From assembly GCA_964520585.1 (NCBI GenBank), contig CAZFOO010000005.1, positions 6,180 to 70,179 of the forward strand: 64,000 bases of DNA, read 5' to 3'. Made by a program: the position numbers and the translations under genes. Shown in pieces: positions 48,922-59,844 of this stretch. This stretch comes from an uncultured Bacteroidales bacterium. Its GTDB lineage: Bacteria; Bacteroidota; Bacteroidia; Bacteroidales; PUMT01. The number at the start of each line of letters is the position of its first letter. Positions within the stretch are counted from its first letter, which is position 1. The notes beneath the pieces are model-generated. The model worked only from the letters and a program-made list of their open reading frames with translations. It did no database searches and was not told the origin of the DNA.

Positions 48922-50256
48922 TTAGCGTCCGGGCATTGGCATCCCCTTCATCATGTTGCCTGGCTTTTTACCACTGGTCATCATCCTCATCATTTTGCGT
49001 GTTTCATCAAATTGCTTTATAAGACGATTTACTTCCTGTATGGTGGTGCCACTGCCCTCGGCTATCCTTTTCCTTCTGCTGCCATTTATGATTACCGGAT
49101 TATTTCTCTCCTCAGGGGTCATTGATTTTATTATTGCTTCAATGCTTTTAAAAGCATCATCATCGATATCAAGATTCTTCATAGCCTTTCCAATTCCGGG
49201 TATCATGCTGGCCAGTTCTTTTAAGTTTCCCATTTTCTTGATTTGTTGTATCTGGGAAATAAAATCATCAAAATTAAACTGGTTTTTCGCTATCTTTTTA
49301 TGGAGTTTCCTTGATTCGGCTTCATCAAATTGTTCCTGGGCACGTTCAACAAGAGTTACTATATCTCCCATACCCAGAATACGGTCGGCCATCCTTTCAG
49401 GATGAAAAACATCAATGGCATCCAGTTTTTCACCAGACCCGATAAACTTGACCGGCTTGTTTACTACGGAACGTATTGAAAGCGCTGCTCCACCCCTGGT
49501 ATCACCATCCATCTTGGTTAACACCACACCGTCAAAATCAAGCCTGTCATTAAATACTTTGGCCGTATTAACTGCATCCTGTCCGGTCATGGCATCAACA
49601 ACAAAAAGTATCTCATGAGGTTCAACGGACTTTTTAACTGCAGAAATTTCATCCATCATCTGCTCATCCACTGCAAGTCGCCCGGCAGTATCTATTACCA
49701 CAAGATCATAACCCTGCTGTCTTGCATGCTTTACGGCTGCACGGGCAATTTTAACCGGCTGCTGATTGCCTTCTTCAGTATATACAGGTACATCAATTTG
49801 ACCACCAAGAACTTTCAGCTGCTCAATTGCAGCAGGCCTGTAAACATCACCTGCAACAAGCAAAGGTTTTTTACCCTTTTTTGTTTTAAGATAATTTGCC
49901 AGTTTGCCGGAAAAGGTGGTTTTACCAGAACCCTGTAAACCAGCAACCAGGACTACGGCAGGATTCGCTTTGATGTTAACTTCTTCCATTTCCCCGCCCA
50001 TAAGAGCGGCGAGTTCATCATGAACAATTTTAACAAGCATTTCCCCGGGTTTTACCGAAGCAAGCACATTCTCGCCCAGAGCCTTTTCTTTGACATTGTC
50101 GGTAAAACTCTTTGCGATCTTGAAATTAACGTCAGCATCTAGCAAGGCTCTCCTGACCTCCTTAAGGGTTTCCGCAACATTTATTTCTGTTATATATCCT
50201 TCACCCTTTAGCAGCTGGAAGGACCGCTCTAGCTTTTCTGATAAATTTTCGAACAT
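48922..50256 (-). CDS. ffh: signal recognition particle protein
   Basis: The NG domain carries [14 protein letters not shown] and TKMDGD. The M domain is Met-rich ([22 protein letters not shown]). Confidence 0.95.
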   Translation of the reverse strand: MFENLSEKLERSFQLLKGEGYITEINVAETLKEVRRALLDADVNFKIAKSFTDNVKEKALGENVLASVKPGEMLVKIVHDELAALMGGEMEEVNIKANPAVVLVAGLQGSGKTTFSGKLANYLKTKKGKKPLLVAGDVYRPAAIEQLKVLGGQIDVPVYTEEGNQQPVKIARAAVKHARQQGYDLVVIDTAGRLAVDEQMMDEISAVKKSVEPHEILFVVDAMTGQDAVNTAKVFNDRLDFDGVVLTKMDGDTRGGAALSIRSVVNKPVKFIGSGEKLDAIDVFHPERMADRILGMGDIVTLVERAQEQFDEAESRKLHKKIAKNQFNFDDFISQIQQIKKMGNLKELASMIPGIGKAMKNLDIDDDAFKSIEAIIKSMTPEERNNPVIINGSRRKRIAEGSGTTIQEVNRLIKQFDETRKMMRMMTSGKKPGNMMKGMPMPGR

Positions 50257-50435
50257 TTCAGGTCTTTTTATTCTAATTACACAAAATTAATTAATAGAAC
50301 TGCTTTTGCCAATTTTTATTTTAACGGGATATATGCCTTGATCACCATACTTACGAAACTTTCCCCCGCTACATTACTTAATATTCCCGGGTACCATACA
50401 GTGAAGGTCGAATTGACAGGCCTTTAATCCTGCTA

Positions 50436-52226
50436 TTACATTCTTTCCGGTACATCAACACCAAGAAGTCCCATCCCTCTTTTTATTACTCTCCCGGTCA
50501 ATACAGATAATTGCATTCTAAAATCTCTCCTTGCTAAATCCGGTTCTTTTACCACCGGGTGGTCGTGATAAAACTGATTATATTCTTTTGCCAGTTCATA
50601 TATCATATTGGCAATAAGGGCAGGACTGCAGTTTTTCCCTGCTTCTGCCACAATAAGAGGAAATTCATGCAGAAGTGTACACAGGCCGGTTTCTTTTAAG
50701 CTAAGCTTAAAATTGGGTGTTTTAATGCTTTCAGTCAGAATATTGTTTTGCCCGGCCTTTTTGAGTAATGAACATATCCTTGCGTGTGTATATTGAATAA
50801 ATGGTCCGGTATTACCATTAAAATCAATGGATTCTTCGGGATTGAATATCATATTTTTCCTTGGATCCACTTTTAAAATGAAGTATTTAAGGGCTCCCAT
50901 TCCTATGGTTTTTATAATGGTTGCTTTTTCAGCTTCTGACAAACCCTCGAGTTTGCCAAGCTCCTCAGAAAGGCTGCCTGCGGTTTCAATCATTTCATCA
51001 ATAAGATTATCCGCATCCACTACTTTCCCTTCACGTGATTTCATCTTCCCGGAAGGTAATTCAACCATACCATAGGAGATATGTTCCAGTGAATCAGCCC
51101 ATTTATAACCAATCTCCTTAAGTATTAATGCAAGTACCTTAAAATGATAATCCTGCTCATTTCCCACCACATAATACATTTTGCCGGCATTGAAATCTTT
51201 TTGCCTTATTACTGCCGTGCCCAGATCCTGTGTCATATAAACGGATGTTCCGTCAGATCGAAGCAATAGCTTCTCATCAAGCCCTTTATGTGTAAGATCG
51301 GCCCATACGGATCCGTCTTCTTTCCTTATAAGTACTGATTTTCCTAATCCTTCTTCTACCACCTTTTTTCCTTCATGGTAAGTTTCGGATTCATAATATA
51401 TCTTGTCGAATGAAACTCCAAGCCGTTCATAAGTTACATCAAAACCGTCATAGACCCACCCGTTCATTTTTTTCCATAATTCAATTACCTGAGGATCATT
51501 ATTCTCCCATTTTCTTAACATCTCCTGAGCTTCTTTTATCAAGGAGGCTTCTTTTCTGGCAGTAGCTGCATCCTCACCGCCTCTAACCATATCGTCGACC
51601 TCTTTTCTGTAGGCCTGTTCAAACTGGACATAGAAATTACCTACAAAATGGTCTCCTTTCATTCCAGCATCTGAAGGAGACATATTATTTCCCCATTTCT
51701 GCCAGGCAAGCATAGTTTTACAGATATGGATTCCCCTGTCATTGACAAGATTAACTTTTTTCACCACTTTACCATTAGCTTCCAGTATTTTCGAAATACT
51801 ATAACCAAGAAGATTATTTCTTATATGGCCCAGGTGGAGTGGTTTGTTTGTGTTGGGTGAGGAGAATTCAACGAGGACGGTTTCTTTTAGGGTATCATTT
51901 TGCACAAATCCATAATTACTATTTGAAGCCGAGGAGTTAACAAATTCAATCCAGTAGGATGCATCTACAGTCAGGTTCAAAAAGCCCTTTATTACATTGT
52001 ACCCGGTGATTTCAGGTAGTTTTTCAAGATAAATTCCCAGTTCGTCACCAGCTTCAGCGGGTGTCTTTTTCATTAATCTTAAAAGCGGAAATAATACAAG
52101 TGTATAGTCACCCTCAAAATCTTTGCGGGTTTTCTGAAGTTGTATAAGTGATCCATCTGGTTCCGGTAAAGATTTTTCTGCAAAAAACCGGTTTACCGCA
52201 CCGGTTATAATATTTTCAATTCTCAT
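50436..52226 (-). CDS. argS: arginine-tRNA ligase
   Basis: It has the class I HIGH-like motif (PNTNKPLHLGHIRN) and a KMSKS-like motif (GKMKSREG), plus a DALR anticodon-binding C-terminus. An ATG at 52226 (MRIENII) is preferred. Confidence 0.92.
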   Translation of the reverse strand: MRIENIITGAVNRFFAEKSLPEPDGSLIQLQKTRKDFEGDYTLVLFPLLRLMKKTPAEAGDELGIYLEKLPEITGYNVIKGFLNLTVDASYWIEFVNSSASNSNYGFVQNDTLKETVLVEFSSPNTNKPLHLGHIRNNLLGYSISKILEANGKVVKKVNLVNDRGIHICKTMLAWQKWGNNMSPSDAGMKGDHFVGNFYVQFEQAYRKEVDDMVRGGEDAATARKEASLIKEAQEMLRKWENNDPQVIELWKKMNGWVYDGFDVTYERLGVSFDKIYYESETYHEGKKVVEEGLGKSVLIRKEDGSVWADLTHKGLDEKLLLRSDGTSVYMTQDLGTAVIRQKDFNAGKMYYVVGNEQDYHFKVLALILKEIGYKWADSLEHISYGMVELPSGKMKSREGKVVDADNLIDEMIETAGSLSEELGKLEGLSEAEKATIIKTIGMGALKYFILKVDPRKNMIFNPEESIDFNGNTGPFIQYTHARICSLLKKAGQNNILTESIKTPNFKLSLKETGLCTLLHEFPLIVAEAGKNCSPALIANMIYELAKEYNQFYHDHPVVKEPDLARRDFRMQLSVLTGRVIKRGMGLLGVDVPERM

Positions 52227-52484
52227 TGCTGGAAGGCTGAAATAAATTGTTAAAATTAAAAAATCCAAAGATAGTAAGAATCGCGGTAAATATCTCTTCC
52301 GGCCCCTATTGAAAAACAAAAAGCCGCCCCTTTGGGAACGGCTCATTAGTTTTTATTTGTCCGGCTCAATCAAGCAATAACAGTATTATTAATTTCCGCA
52401 AAATCCTAGTTCATAATTTCTTTAAATTTTATTGTATCTGACTTAAAACCGGATATTCGGAACTTTATAAACGTACCGCATTAC

Positions 52485-52898
52485 TCAACTACCTTTTACC
52501 CATCTTTCACTATCCTTCATCCAGTCATTAACCGGCAGGTTACTTTCCTTGATATCTGTTTTGATAAAATCCGCACAATGATTAATCTCGTTAATTTCCC
52601 AGTGACAGGGATCGGTCATCCATTCCTGGATTTCCAATGCAACTTCTTCGTATGTTTCCATATGATATATATTATCGCCTGAATTCCAGTAAGAGACGTC
52701 ATTCATCCAGGGTTCCATCATACATTGAGGTTCAACTGCGTGGTCCAGAAATATTTCCACAATAATGCTGTTTATACCGGATAAATCTGTTTTGGACCCT
52801 TCAGGGTATTCAGCCGATAGCGTTGCTACTGCTCCGGCAGAAAAAAATATTAAGAAGACCAGGAAGTACCTTTTTAAGTTTTTGATTGTTGTTTTCAT
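52485..52898 (-). CDS. small secreted hypothetical protein
   Basis: 137 aa with a signal peptide. The mature part is rich in acidic residues and Trp. Confidence 0.5.
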   Translation of the reverse strand: MKTTIKNLKRYFLVFLIFFSAGAVATLSAEYPEGSKTDLSGINSIIVEIFLDHAVEPQCMMEPWMNDVSYWNSGDNIYHMETYEEVALEIQEWMTDPCHWEINEINHCADFIKTDIKESNLPVNDWMKDSERWVKGS

Positions 52899-52914
52899 AA
52901 TTATAATAAATTTT

Positions 52915-52966
52915 AGTTATAAATTTCAGTTATAAATTTCAGTTATAAATTTCAGTTATAAATTTC
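52915..52966. repeat. perfect tandem repeat, 13 bp x 4 (AGTTATAAATTTC)
   Basis: Four exact head-to-tail copies plus partial copies on both sides. The array starts 17 nt upstream of the 52898 start codon. Confidence 0.9.
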
Positions 52967-53282
52967 AATTTTAAATTATGCAAGATTTAATCTCTATGGT
53001 TAAACTTTCTGTCTTTCAAACATAGATTTAAGTGTATTGTTCAAAGTTTATTGTTAATTTTTTATCAATTTTAAAAATCTTTAACATGCTGTAAATACAG
53101 ACATTTTAAATCTATTTGGAAACATTATAAATAGGTTTGTGATATTTTTACATTTACAGTTTACCGGTTCATATGGGCTTAAATAATTTATACAAAGCTT
53201 TCAGGAATTGCCGATTACAATATATATTGAAGTGAAATAATGCAAGGTCAAATTGGAGATGTCTGATCAAAATAATATATAA

Positions 53283-54404
53283 ATGATGCATCGACGGGTA
53301 ATTCTTTCAGTAACCAACGATCTTGCGACTGATCAGCGACTAAAACGTTTTTGCAAAACATTGCATGAACAGGGATATCAAATAACACTGACAGGAAGGA
53401 AACTCCCAGGTAGTCTTTCTCTTGATAACCTTCCATGGACAACTAGACGAGTAAAACACTGGTTCAATAAAGGAGTTTTATTTTATGCAGAATACAATAT
53501 CAGGCTTTTTCTTTTTCTTCTTTTTTCAGGATATGACATTTTACATTCAAACGATCTCGATACTCTTCCAGCCAATTATTTAGCATCCGTTATCAGGAAA
53601 AAAACATTGATTTACGATTCTCATGAATATTTCACTGAGATACCTGAGATAAGGGACCGGAAAGCGGTAAAAAAAGTATGGGAACTAATCGAAAAGTTAA
53701 TATTCCCCCGTCTTAAAAATATAATAACAGTAAGTGAATCGATTGCCTCAGAATACGGTAAAAAATATGGAAAAAATGTTAACGTTATCCGCAATCTTCC
53801 GGAAAGAATAGATACCATACAACCAGTCTCTCCCTCCCTTTTTGGACTTCCTCCCAATAAAAAACTTGTAATTATCCAGGGAACAGGCATAAACATGGAC
53901 AGGGGAGCAAGCGAGGCAGTACAATCAATGAAATATTTTGATAATGCAGTTTTGGTAATCGCGGGCAAGGGTGATTTAATCCCGGTTCTGCGAAAGGAGG
54001 CAACAGCATATCGCCTAAAGGATAAAGTCTTTTTTATTCCTGTTCTGCCTTATGAGAGATTAATGCAGCTTACAAAAATTTGTGATGTGGGATTATCGCT
54101 GGATAAGGATACTAACCTGAACTACCGTTATAGTCTCCCGAACAAGCTGTTCGACTACATAATTGCCGGAATACCATCTGTAGTCTCCCCCATGCCGGAA
54201 GTAAAAAAAATAGTGGAAGATTACCATACCGGTCTTGTAATAGAAGATTATTCTCCTGCAGGAATTGCTGAAAAGATTAATATCTTGCTATATAACAAGC
54301 CAAAGCAATACTGGCATAAACATCTAGAAAAAGCTATGGCAGAATTGAACTGGGAAAATGAAAAATGGAAATTATTATCGGTTTACGAAAATTCAGTACC
54401 GTAA
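53283..54404 (+). CDS. GT4-type glycosyltransferase
   Basis: 373 aa with GT-B architecture. The C-terminal region carries an E-x7-E-like segment (LPNKLFDYIIAGIPSVVSPMPEVKKIVE). Confidence 0.75.
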   Translation: MMHRRVILSVTNDLATDQRLKRFCKTLHEQGYQITLTGRKLPGSLSLDNLPWTTRRVKHWFNKGVLFYAEYNIRLFLFLLFSGYDILHSNDLDTLPANYLASVIRKKTLIYDSHEYFTEIPEIRDRKAVKKVWELIEKLIFPRLKNIITVSESIASEYGKKYGKNVNVIRNLPERIDTIQPVSPSLFGLPPNKKLVIIQGTGINMDRGASEAVQSMKYFDNAVLVIAGKGDLIPVLRKEATAYRLKDKVFFIPVLPYERLMQLTKICDVGLSLDKDTNLNYRYSLPNKLFDYIIAGIPSVVSPMPEVKKIVEDYHTGLVIEDYSPAGIAEKINILLYNKPKQYWHKHLEKAMAELNWENEKWKLLSVYENSVP

Positions 54405-54542
54405 CCAAACAATAATTTTTGCGTAAATCCATTATAATTACCGGCATATTGCAAAGGAAAATTCCGACCGCATAAAATTTCAATTAGTGGTGTTACTTTT
54501 GTATGATGTTTTTGTATTTTTCAAACACATTAAACTTTTAAA

Positions 54543-55955
54543 ATGAAAAGATTCGGTTACTCGGTCATAGTTGCAGCTTTACTTCTTTCAATATTTGGAT
54601 CAGCCTATCCGTCAGGTTATAACATCAGGGTAAAGATCGACGGATTACAGGATACTTCTCTCCTTCTTGCCTATCATTTTGGTAACAGAAAATACATAAA
54701 GGATACCATACAACTGGACAGCCGGGGCGCCGGAGTTTTTCAGGGTGATGAAGCTCTTCCCGGTGGCATTTACCTGGTAGTAATGCCTGAAAATAACTAC
54801 TTTGAATTACTTATAGATAAGGAACAGGATTTCAGCGTTGAAACAAGCATGAATGAGCCGGTTAAAAATATGCAGGTGAACGGATCCGGAGAAAATACCC
54901 GGTTTATTGAATATCACCGTTTTATGGATGAAAAACAGTCCGCCTCCTCGGCTCTGCAGGAAAGGATACAAAATAACAGAAACAATCCTGATTCCATCGA
55001 ATATTTACAGGCCCGCGGACAGGAGATTGATAAAGAGGTGGAGGATTACTGGGAATCGATCAGGAATAATCATCCGGGATCATTACTGGCCAATCTGATC
55101 GGTGCAATGCAAAATCCAACGGTTCCCCGGTTTGAAATACCGGATGATTCTAAAGATCCCGATTCGCTCAAATGGGCTCTTGGCTATGAGTATAATAAAA
55201 AACATTTTTTTGATAAGATAGATTTTTCTGATGAGAGGTTATTGCGTACCCCCGTATTGCATAATAAGCTCGAACATTTTTTTACCCGGATGCTGGTTCA
55301 GAGTCCCGACTCCATCATTCCTCAGGCAATAAGGGTTGTTGAATATTCAAAAGCTAACGACAAAGTGTTTCAATATGTTCTTGTTTATCTTCTAAATCAT
55401 TATGAAAGATCTCATATAATGGGATTAGATGAAGTATTTGTTGAACTTGCCGAAAGGTATTATCTGGGAGGGGAAGCATTCTGGGCAAATGAAGAAACTG
55501 TTAATAAATTAAAAGAACGGGTTGAAAGAATAAAACCCAATCTTATCGGGCGTAAAGCTGCCGAAATGAAAATGAGAACTCCGGAAGGCGATATGGTCAG
55601 CCTGCATGAAACTGAGGCAAAATATACTATATTATATTTTTATGAGCCTGCATGCGGACATTGCAAGGTTGTAACTCCCAGGCTAAATGAATTATACAAC
55701 AAGTATAAAGATGAAGGTCTAAAGGTTTTCGCCGTTTATATTTATGATGACAAAGAAGAGTGGACAGAATATATAGCTAGTAATAATCTGGACTGGATAA
55801 ATGTTTTCGATCCGCAAAATGAGACTTATTTCCGCTATTATTATGATGTTTACAGCACGCCTACCATATATATCCTTGATGCAGATAAAACCATAATAGC
55901 AAAACGGATTGGGATAGATAGTATAGAGCAGATGACGGAAGAAGAATTATTTTAA
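54543..55955 (+). CDS. DUF5106-like N-domain plus thioredoxin-like (TlpA-type) C-domain protein
   Basis: It has a signal peptide. The C-terminal thioredoxin fold carries the CxxC motif YEPACGHCK. Confidence 0.65.
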   Translation: MKRFGYSVIVAALLLSIFGSAYPSGYNIRVKIDGLQDTSLLLAYHFGNRKYIKDTIQLDSRGAGVFQGDEALPGGIYLVVMPENNYFELLIDKEQDFSVETSMNEPVKNMQVNGSGENTRFIEYHRFMDEKQSASSALQERIQNNRNNPDSIEYLQARGQEIDKEVEDYWESIRNNHPGSLLANLIGAMQNPTVPRFEIPDDSKDPDSLKWALGYEYNKKHFFDKIDFSDERLLRTPVLHNKLEHFFTRMLVQSPDSIIPQAIRVVEYSKANDKVFQYVLVYLLNHYERSHIMGLDEVFVELAERYYLGGEAFWANEETVNKLKERVERIKPNLIGRKAAEMKMRTPEGDMVSLHETEAKYTILYFYEPACGHCKVVTPRLNELYNKYKDEGLKVFAVYIYDDKEEWTEYIASNNLDWINVFDPQNETYFRYYYDVYSTPTIYILDADKTIIAKRIGIDSIEQMTEEELF

Positions 55956-56022
55956 ACCGCTAAAATAAACTGTCCCGTGGCGGACTCCGAATTTTCCTGT
56001 AATAACAACATATTTCAGGAAG

Positions 56023-56045
56023 GCCGGGATAAACCCGGCTTTTTC
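56023..56045 (+). terminator. intrinsic terminator
   Basis: Hairpin GCCGGG-ATAAA-CCCGGC followed by TTTTTC. Confidence 0.55.
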
Positions 56046-56916
56046 ATTTTTGGAGGAGTCTATACATGGTTTTACCAATATCAGCAGGTGAATCAACAAC
56101 TGTAATACCGGAATCCTGCATGATCTTCATTTTCGCTGCGGCAGTATCGTCGCTGCCACCGACTATAGCTCCGGCATGTCCCATTCTTCTTCCTTTTGGA
56201 GCAGTCTGCCCTGCAATGAATCCAACTACAGGTTTAGTTCCATGCTCTTTGATCCACCGGGCAGCTTCTGCCTCCATGCCCCCTCCTATTTCGCCGATAA
56301 CTACCAGACCCTCAGTTTCCTGATCCTCCATAAGTAACTTAACGGCATCAAGTGTGGTTGTGCCTATAATAGGATCACCACCAATTCCTATGCATGTCGA
56401 CTGTCCGAGTCCGCTCTTTGTAATCTGATCAACAGCTTCATAGGTAAGCGTTCCTGACCGGGAAACAATCCCAACAGATCCCTTATTATGAATGAATCCG
56501 GGCATGATGCCGGCTTTTGCCTCTCCGGGAGTAATAACACCCGGACAATTCGGACCGATTAGCGTTGTTTTACGTCCTGTAAGATACTCTTTGACCTTAA
56601 CCATGTCAGCCACTGGTATTCCTTCAGTAACGGCTATAATGACCTTAATGCCAGCTTCTGCGGCCTCCATGATTGCATCTGCAGCAAAGGGAGGAGGAAC
56701 AAAAATAACAGAAGTATCTGCACCGGCTTTATTTACTGCCTCTGAAACTGTATTGAACACAGGCCTGCCAAGATGTTCCTGTCCCCCCTTCCCGGGGGTA
56801 ACCCCTCCTGCTATGTTTGTACCATATTCAATCATCTGCTGGGCATGAAAACTTCCTTCACTGCCCGTAAATCCCTGTACTATGACCCGGGAATCTTTAT
56901 TAACAAGAACGCTCAT
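56044..56916 (-). CDS. sucD: succinate-CoA ligase alpha subunit
   Basis: Diagnostic blocks are [33 protein letters not shown] and MGHAGAI. Confidence 0.92.
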   Translation of the reverse strand: MSVLVNKDSRVIVQGFTGSEGSFHAQQMIEYGTNIAGGVTPGKGGQEHLGRPVFNTVSEAVNKAGADTSVIFVPPPFAADAIMEAAEAGIKVIIAVTEGIPVADMVKVKEYLTGRKTTLIGPNCPGVITPGEAKAGIMPGFIHNKGSVGIVSRSGTLTYEAVDQITKSGLGQSTCIGIGGDPIIGTTTLDAVKLLMEDQETEGLVVIGEIGGGMEAEAARWIKEHGTKPVVGFIAGQTAPKGRRMGHAGAIVGGSDDTAAAKMKIMQDSGITVVDSPADIGKTMYRLLQK

Positions 56917-57034
56917 TAGATTGATATTTAGTTCTGTAATTCTTCTCCTGAGGACCGGTCAGGTAATCAGGAACTATTTTTAAAGCTTTACTTTGCAGTT
57001 AAATCAACTCACAAAATTATAAGTTTTTTTGAAA

Positions 57035-58207
57035 CTATAGCTCAGGCTTACTGATTATTAAATTATCAATTTCTTCCGATATCTGTTTCAGAGACATCTT
57101 ATTTTTAATGGCCAGACGTTTAAGGTCATCATATTCAACTTTAAAGTTCACCTTCTGATCGTTATACCAGGAAGTTTTGACCTTCACCTCTCCATATTGA
57201 GTGTTAATAATGCCAACTTCTCTTTTTAGTATCTCCCTCTCTTCTTTCCTTATCCTTACTCCTATGGAGGTTGTTTCCCTGAAAATAATATTTATAAGCT
57301 TTTCTTTGTTAGCAGGTTTCGTAAGAATAGTAAGTTTCGTACCAGGCCTGTTTTTCTTCATCTGTATATTTGAAAAAAAGACTTCCAGTGCCCCTTCCAT
57401 ATAAAGCCGGTCCATAATGTGATCGTACCATTGCGGATTCATATCGTCTATATTCGTCTCAATTACATAAATATCTTCCGGTAGCATCTGGTCACCCGCT
57501 TCTCCAATAAACAACCTCAGTACATTTGGATGTTCGAAATCTTTTGATCCTGCACCATAACCTATTGCACTGGTATTTATAAGGGGCATATCACCAAAGC
57601 TGTCCGCTATTGCAGTTATAATTGCAGCACCGGTTGGGGTTACCAGCTCACCTTTGGAATCAGTCGAATATGAAGGAACATTCTTAAGAATCTCAGCAGT
57701 AGCAGGAGCAGGCACAGGAAACTTACCATGTGAAAAAGTAACAAAACCAGAACCGACATTCAGTTTGGAGCAATAAACTTTTTCAATACCCAGCTTTTTA
57801 AAGCCTGCAAGTGCCGCCACCACATCGACAATTGTATCTACCGCACCAACTTCATGGAAATGAACTTTTTCAAGCGGCATATCATGAATCTTGGCTTCGG
57901 CCACGGCGATTTTCATAAAAACCTTCTTTGCGGTTTCTATGACTTCTGCATCAAGAGTGGAATTTTCCACCATATCATTCAGATCTTTAAGGTGGCGGTG
58001 ATGTTTCTGCTCCTCGTAGATCACATCAAATTTGGTAGAGGCAATATTCTGCTTAACAATCTTAGATGCTTTTATTCCGACATTTTTGAGACCCAGCTTC
58101 TTTATTTCGTTTTCCAGCTCAGAAAAATCGAGTCCTGCATCAAGCAGCGAACCAACAATCATATCTCCGCTAATACCGGAGAAACAGTCAAAGTAAGCTA
58201 TTTTCAT
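57035..58207 (-). CDS. larC: nickel-pincer cofactor biosynthesis protein LarC (nickel insertion)
   Basis: The N-terminus is MKIAYFDCFSGISGDM and HFHEVGAVD is present. At 390 aa it is a single-chain LarC. Confidence 0.85.
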   Translation of the reverse strand: MKIAYFDCFSGISGDMIVGSLLDAGLDFSELENEIKKLGLKNVGIKASKIVKQNIASTKFDVIYEEQKHHRHLKDLNDMVENSTLDAEVIETAKKVFMKIAVAEAKIHDMPLEKVHFHEVGAVDTIVDVVAALAGFKKLGIEKVYCSKLNVGSGFVTFSHGKFPVPAPATAEILKNVPSYSTDSKGELVTPTGAAIITAIADSFGDMPLINTSAIGYGAGSKDFEHPNVLRLFIGEAGDQMLPEDIYVIETNIDDMNPQWYDHIMDRLYMEGALEVFFSNIQMKKNRPGTKLTILTKPANKEKLINIIFRETTSIGVRIRKEEREILKREVGIINTQYGEVKVKTSWYNDQKVNFKVEYDDLKRLAIKNKMSLKQISEEIDNLIISKPEL

Positions 58208-58222
58208 TTTTACTGTAAAAAT

Positions 58223-58981
58223 CTAATATTTATATTTATTAATCAGTGATGCAGAATAGGCGGCACCAAAACCATTATCAATATTGACAACGGTTATTCC
58301 CGGTGAGCATGAACTAAGCATTGTAAGAAGGGGGCCTATACCGTTAAAACTTGCTCCATATCCAACCGATGTAGGAACGGCAATTACGGGCTTTTCCACC
58401 AGTCCCCCGACCACAGAAGGAAGAGCCCCGTCCATTCCGGCGACTACGATTATGACATTTGCCTCATCAATCTTCTGCTTGTTGCTAAGCAACCTGTGAA
58501 TACCTGCAACACCTACATCATAAAGGTTTTTTACCTGATTTCCCATAAACCTGGCTGTTTCCACAGCTTCTTCTGCAACCGGAATATCGGCAGTACCGGC
58601 ACTTATTACGAGAATATGCCTGTCCTGAGCAGGTTCTTCAACAGCATCCTCATGCCTGACCGTAATGGTTCGTGCATGCTCATTGTATTTTGCATTGGGA
58701 AGAACTGAGCTAACTGCAGCAAACATTTCAGGAGTTGCACGGGTACCAAGCACGCTGTTTTGATCAGCCATCCGCAGAAAAATATTTTTCACCTGGTCAA
58801 CGGTTTTACTCTGGCAAAATACTACTTCAGGGTATCCCCGGCGCAGGGTTCTGTGATGATCCAGTTTTGCAAATTCCAGATCTTCAAAGGGGAGGTTTGT
58901 TAGCCTGAGAAGAGCATCTTCAATGCTGGTCTCCCGGTTTTGTACGCTGTTTAACAGCTCTTTTATCTTATCTTTTTGCAT
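58223..58981 (-). CDS. larB: nickel-pincer cofactor biosynthesis protein LarB
   Basis: It has an AIR-carboxylase-like C-domain (ISAGTADIPVAEEA, VVAGMDGALPSVVGGL). Confidence 0.85.
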   Translation of the reverse strand: MQKDKIKELLNSVQNRETSIEDALLRLTNLPFEDLEFAKLDHHRTLRRGYPEVVFCQSKTVDQVKNIFLRMADQNSVLGTRATPEMFAAVSSVLPNAKYNEHARTITVRHEDAVEEPAQDRHILVISAGTADIPVAEEAVETARFMGNQVKNLYDVGVAGIHRLLSNKQKIDEANVIIVVAGMDGALPSVVGGLVEKPVIAVPTSVGYGASFNGIGPLLTMLSSCSPGITVVNIDNGFGAAYSASLINKYKY

Positions 58982-59783
58982 TGTTGTTGATTAATTTATT
59001 TAGAGATCCACTTTGAAATTCTTTTATTTCCAGTTCTTTAAAACCAAGTGTTTTGAATTTTGATTTAATAGCCTCGTAATTGGAGTCCACAAGCTCCCTA
59101 TATAGCGGATTAACTTCCAATACAGCCCGTTCTCCGAAATGCCGGACACGAAGCTCCCTGGCACCAAAGGACCTGACGAATTCTTCAGCCTCTTCCACCT
59201 GGGCCAATTTTGTACGAGTTACTGAGCTTCCGTAGGGAATTCGTGATGCAAGACACGGACTGGCAGGCTTGTCCCATATCTCCAGATCAAGTCCTTTTGC
59301 TACCAGGCGGATATCATCTTTAGTCAGCCCGGCATCCCTCAGGGGACTGACAACCTGGTGTTCGTCTGCAGCCTTGAGTCCCGGACGGTAATCCCCCAGA
59401 TCATCAAGATTAGTGCCGTTTGCTATATACCGGACACCTTCTTCCTGTGCCACCTTCTCAACAAATTCATACAACTCTGTTTTGCAAAAATAGCAACGGT
59501 TATCAGGATTCATCCTGTAATTCTGGTTTTCGATCTCCCTGGTATTGATAACCCTGAGACGGGCTTTTGTTTCGCGCGCAAATTTTATAGCTCTGTCCAG
59601 TTCGCTTCGAGGTATTGAGGGGGAATCGGAGATAACCGCCAAAACCCTGTCCCCCATCACCATATTTGCAACCTTTAGCAATAATGCACTATCCAGTCCC
59701 CCGGAATATGCTATAATAAGATCATCATATTTAGACAACTCTTTTTTTAGCTCATTTAGTTTTTGTTCTGCCCTATTATCCAT
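58968..59783 (-). CDS. larE: ATP-dependent sacrificial sulfur transferase LarE
   Basis: It has the PP-loop SGGLDS (AYSGGLDSALLL) and a conserved Cys region (PASPCLASRIP). Confidence 0.85.
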   Translation of the reverse strand: MDNRAEQKLNELKKELSKYDDLIIAYSGGLDSALLLKVANMVMGDRVLAVISDSPSIPRSELDRAIKFARETKARLRVINTREIENQNYRMNPDNRCYFCKTELYEFVEKVAQEEGVRYIANGTNLDDLGDYRPGLKAADEHQVVSPLRDAGLTKDDIRLVAKGLDLEIWDKPASPCLASRIPYGSSVTRTKLAQVEEAEEFVRSFGARELRVRHFGERAVLEVNPLYRELVDSNYEAIKSKFKTLGFKELEIKEFQSGSLNKLINNNAKR

Positions 59784-59844
59784 CTCTTCATAATTTAATT
59801 TGTCAGTATACTAATCTGTTAACTGAAAATAAAAATAATTACAT

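Noticed and set aside
48953-49405. Long antisense ORFs inside well-supported genes (for example 48953..49405, 56492..56848, 25401..25865, 5088..5567, 37429..37773, 28033..28353)
   Set aside because: These are shadow ORFs opposite strongly supported genes (ffh, sucD, carboxyltransferase, beta-helix protein, fabG, serine hydrolase). Their translations are low-complexity.
52227-52346. 40-codon N-terminal extension of argS, and similar extensions at 40072-40197, 28410-28478, 25447-25509 and 1053-1130
   Set aside because: The extensions are basic or hydrophobic junk with no homology to the respective families. Internal ATGs give canonical N-termini.
52915-52966. Tandem repeat as a mini-CRISPR array
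   Set aside because: The units are 13 bp and directly abutting with no spacers. There are no cas genes.
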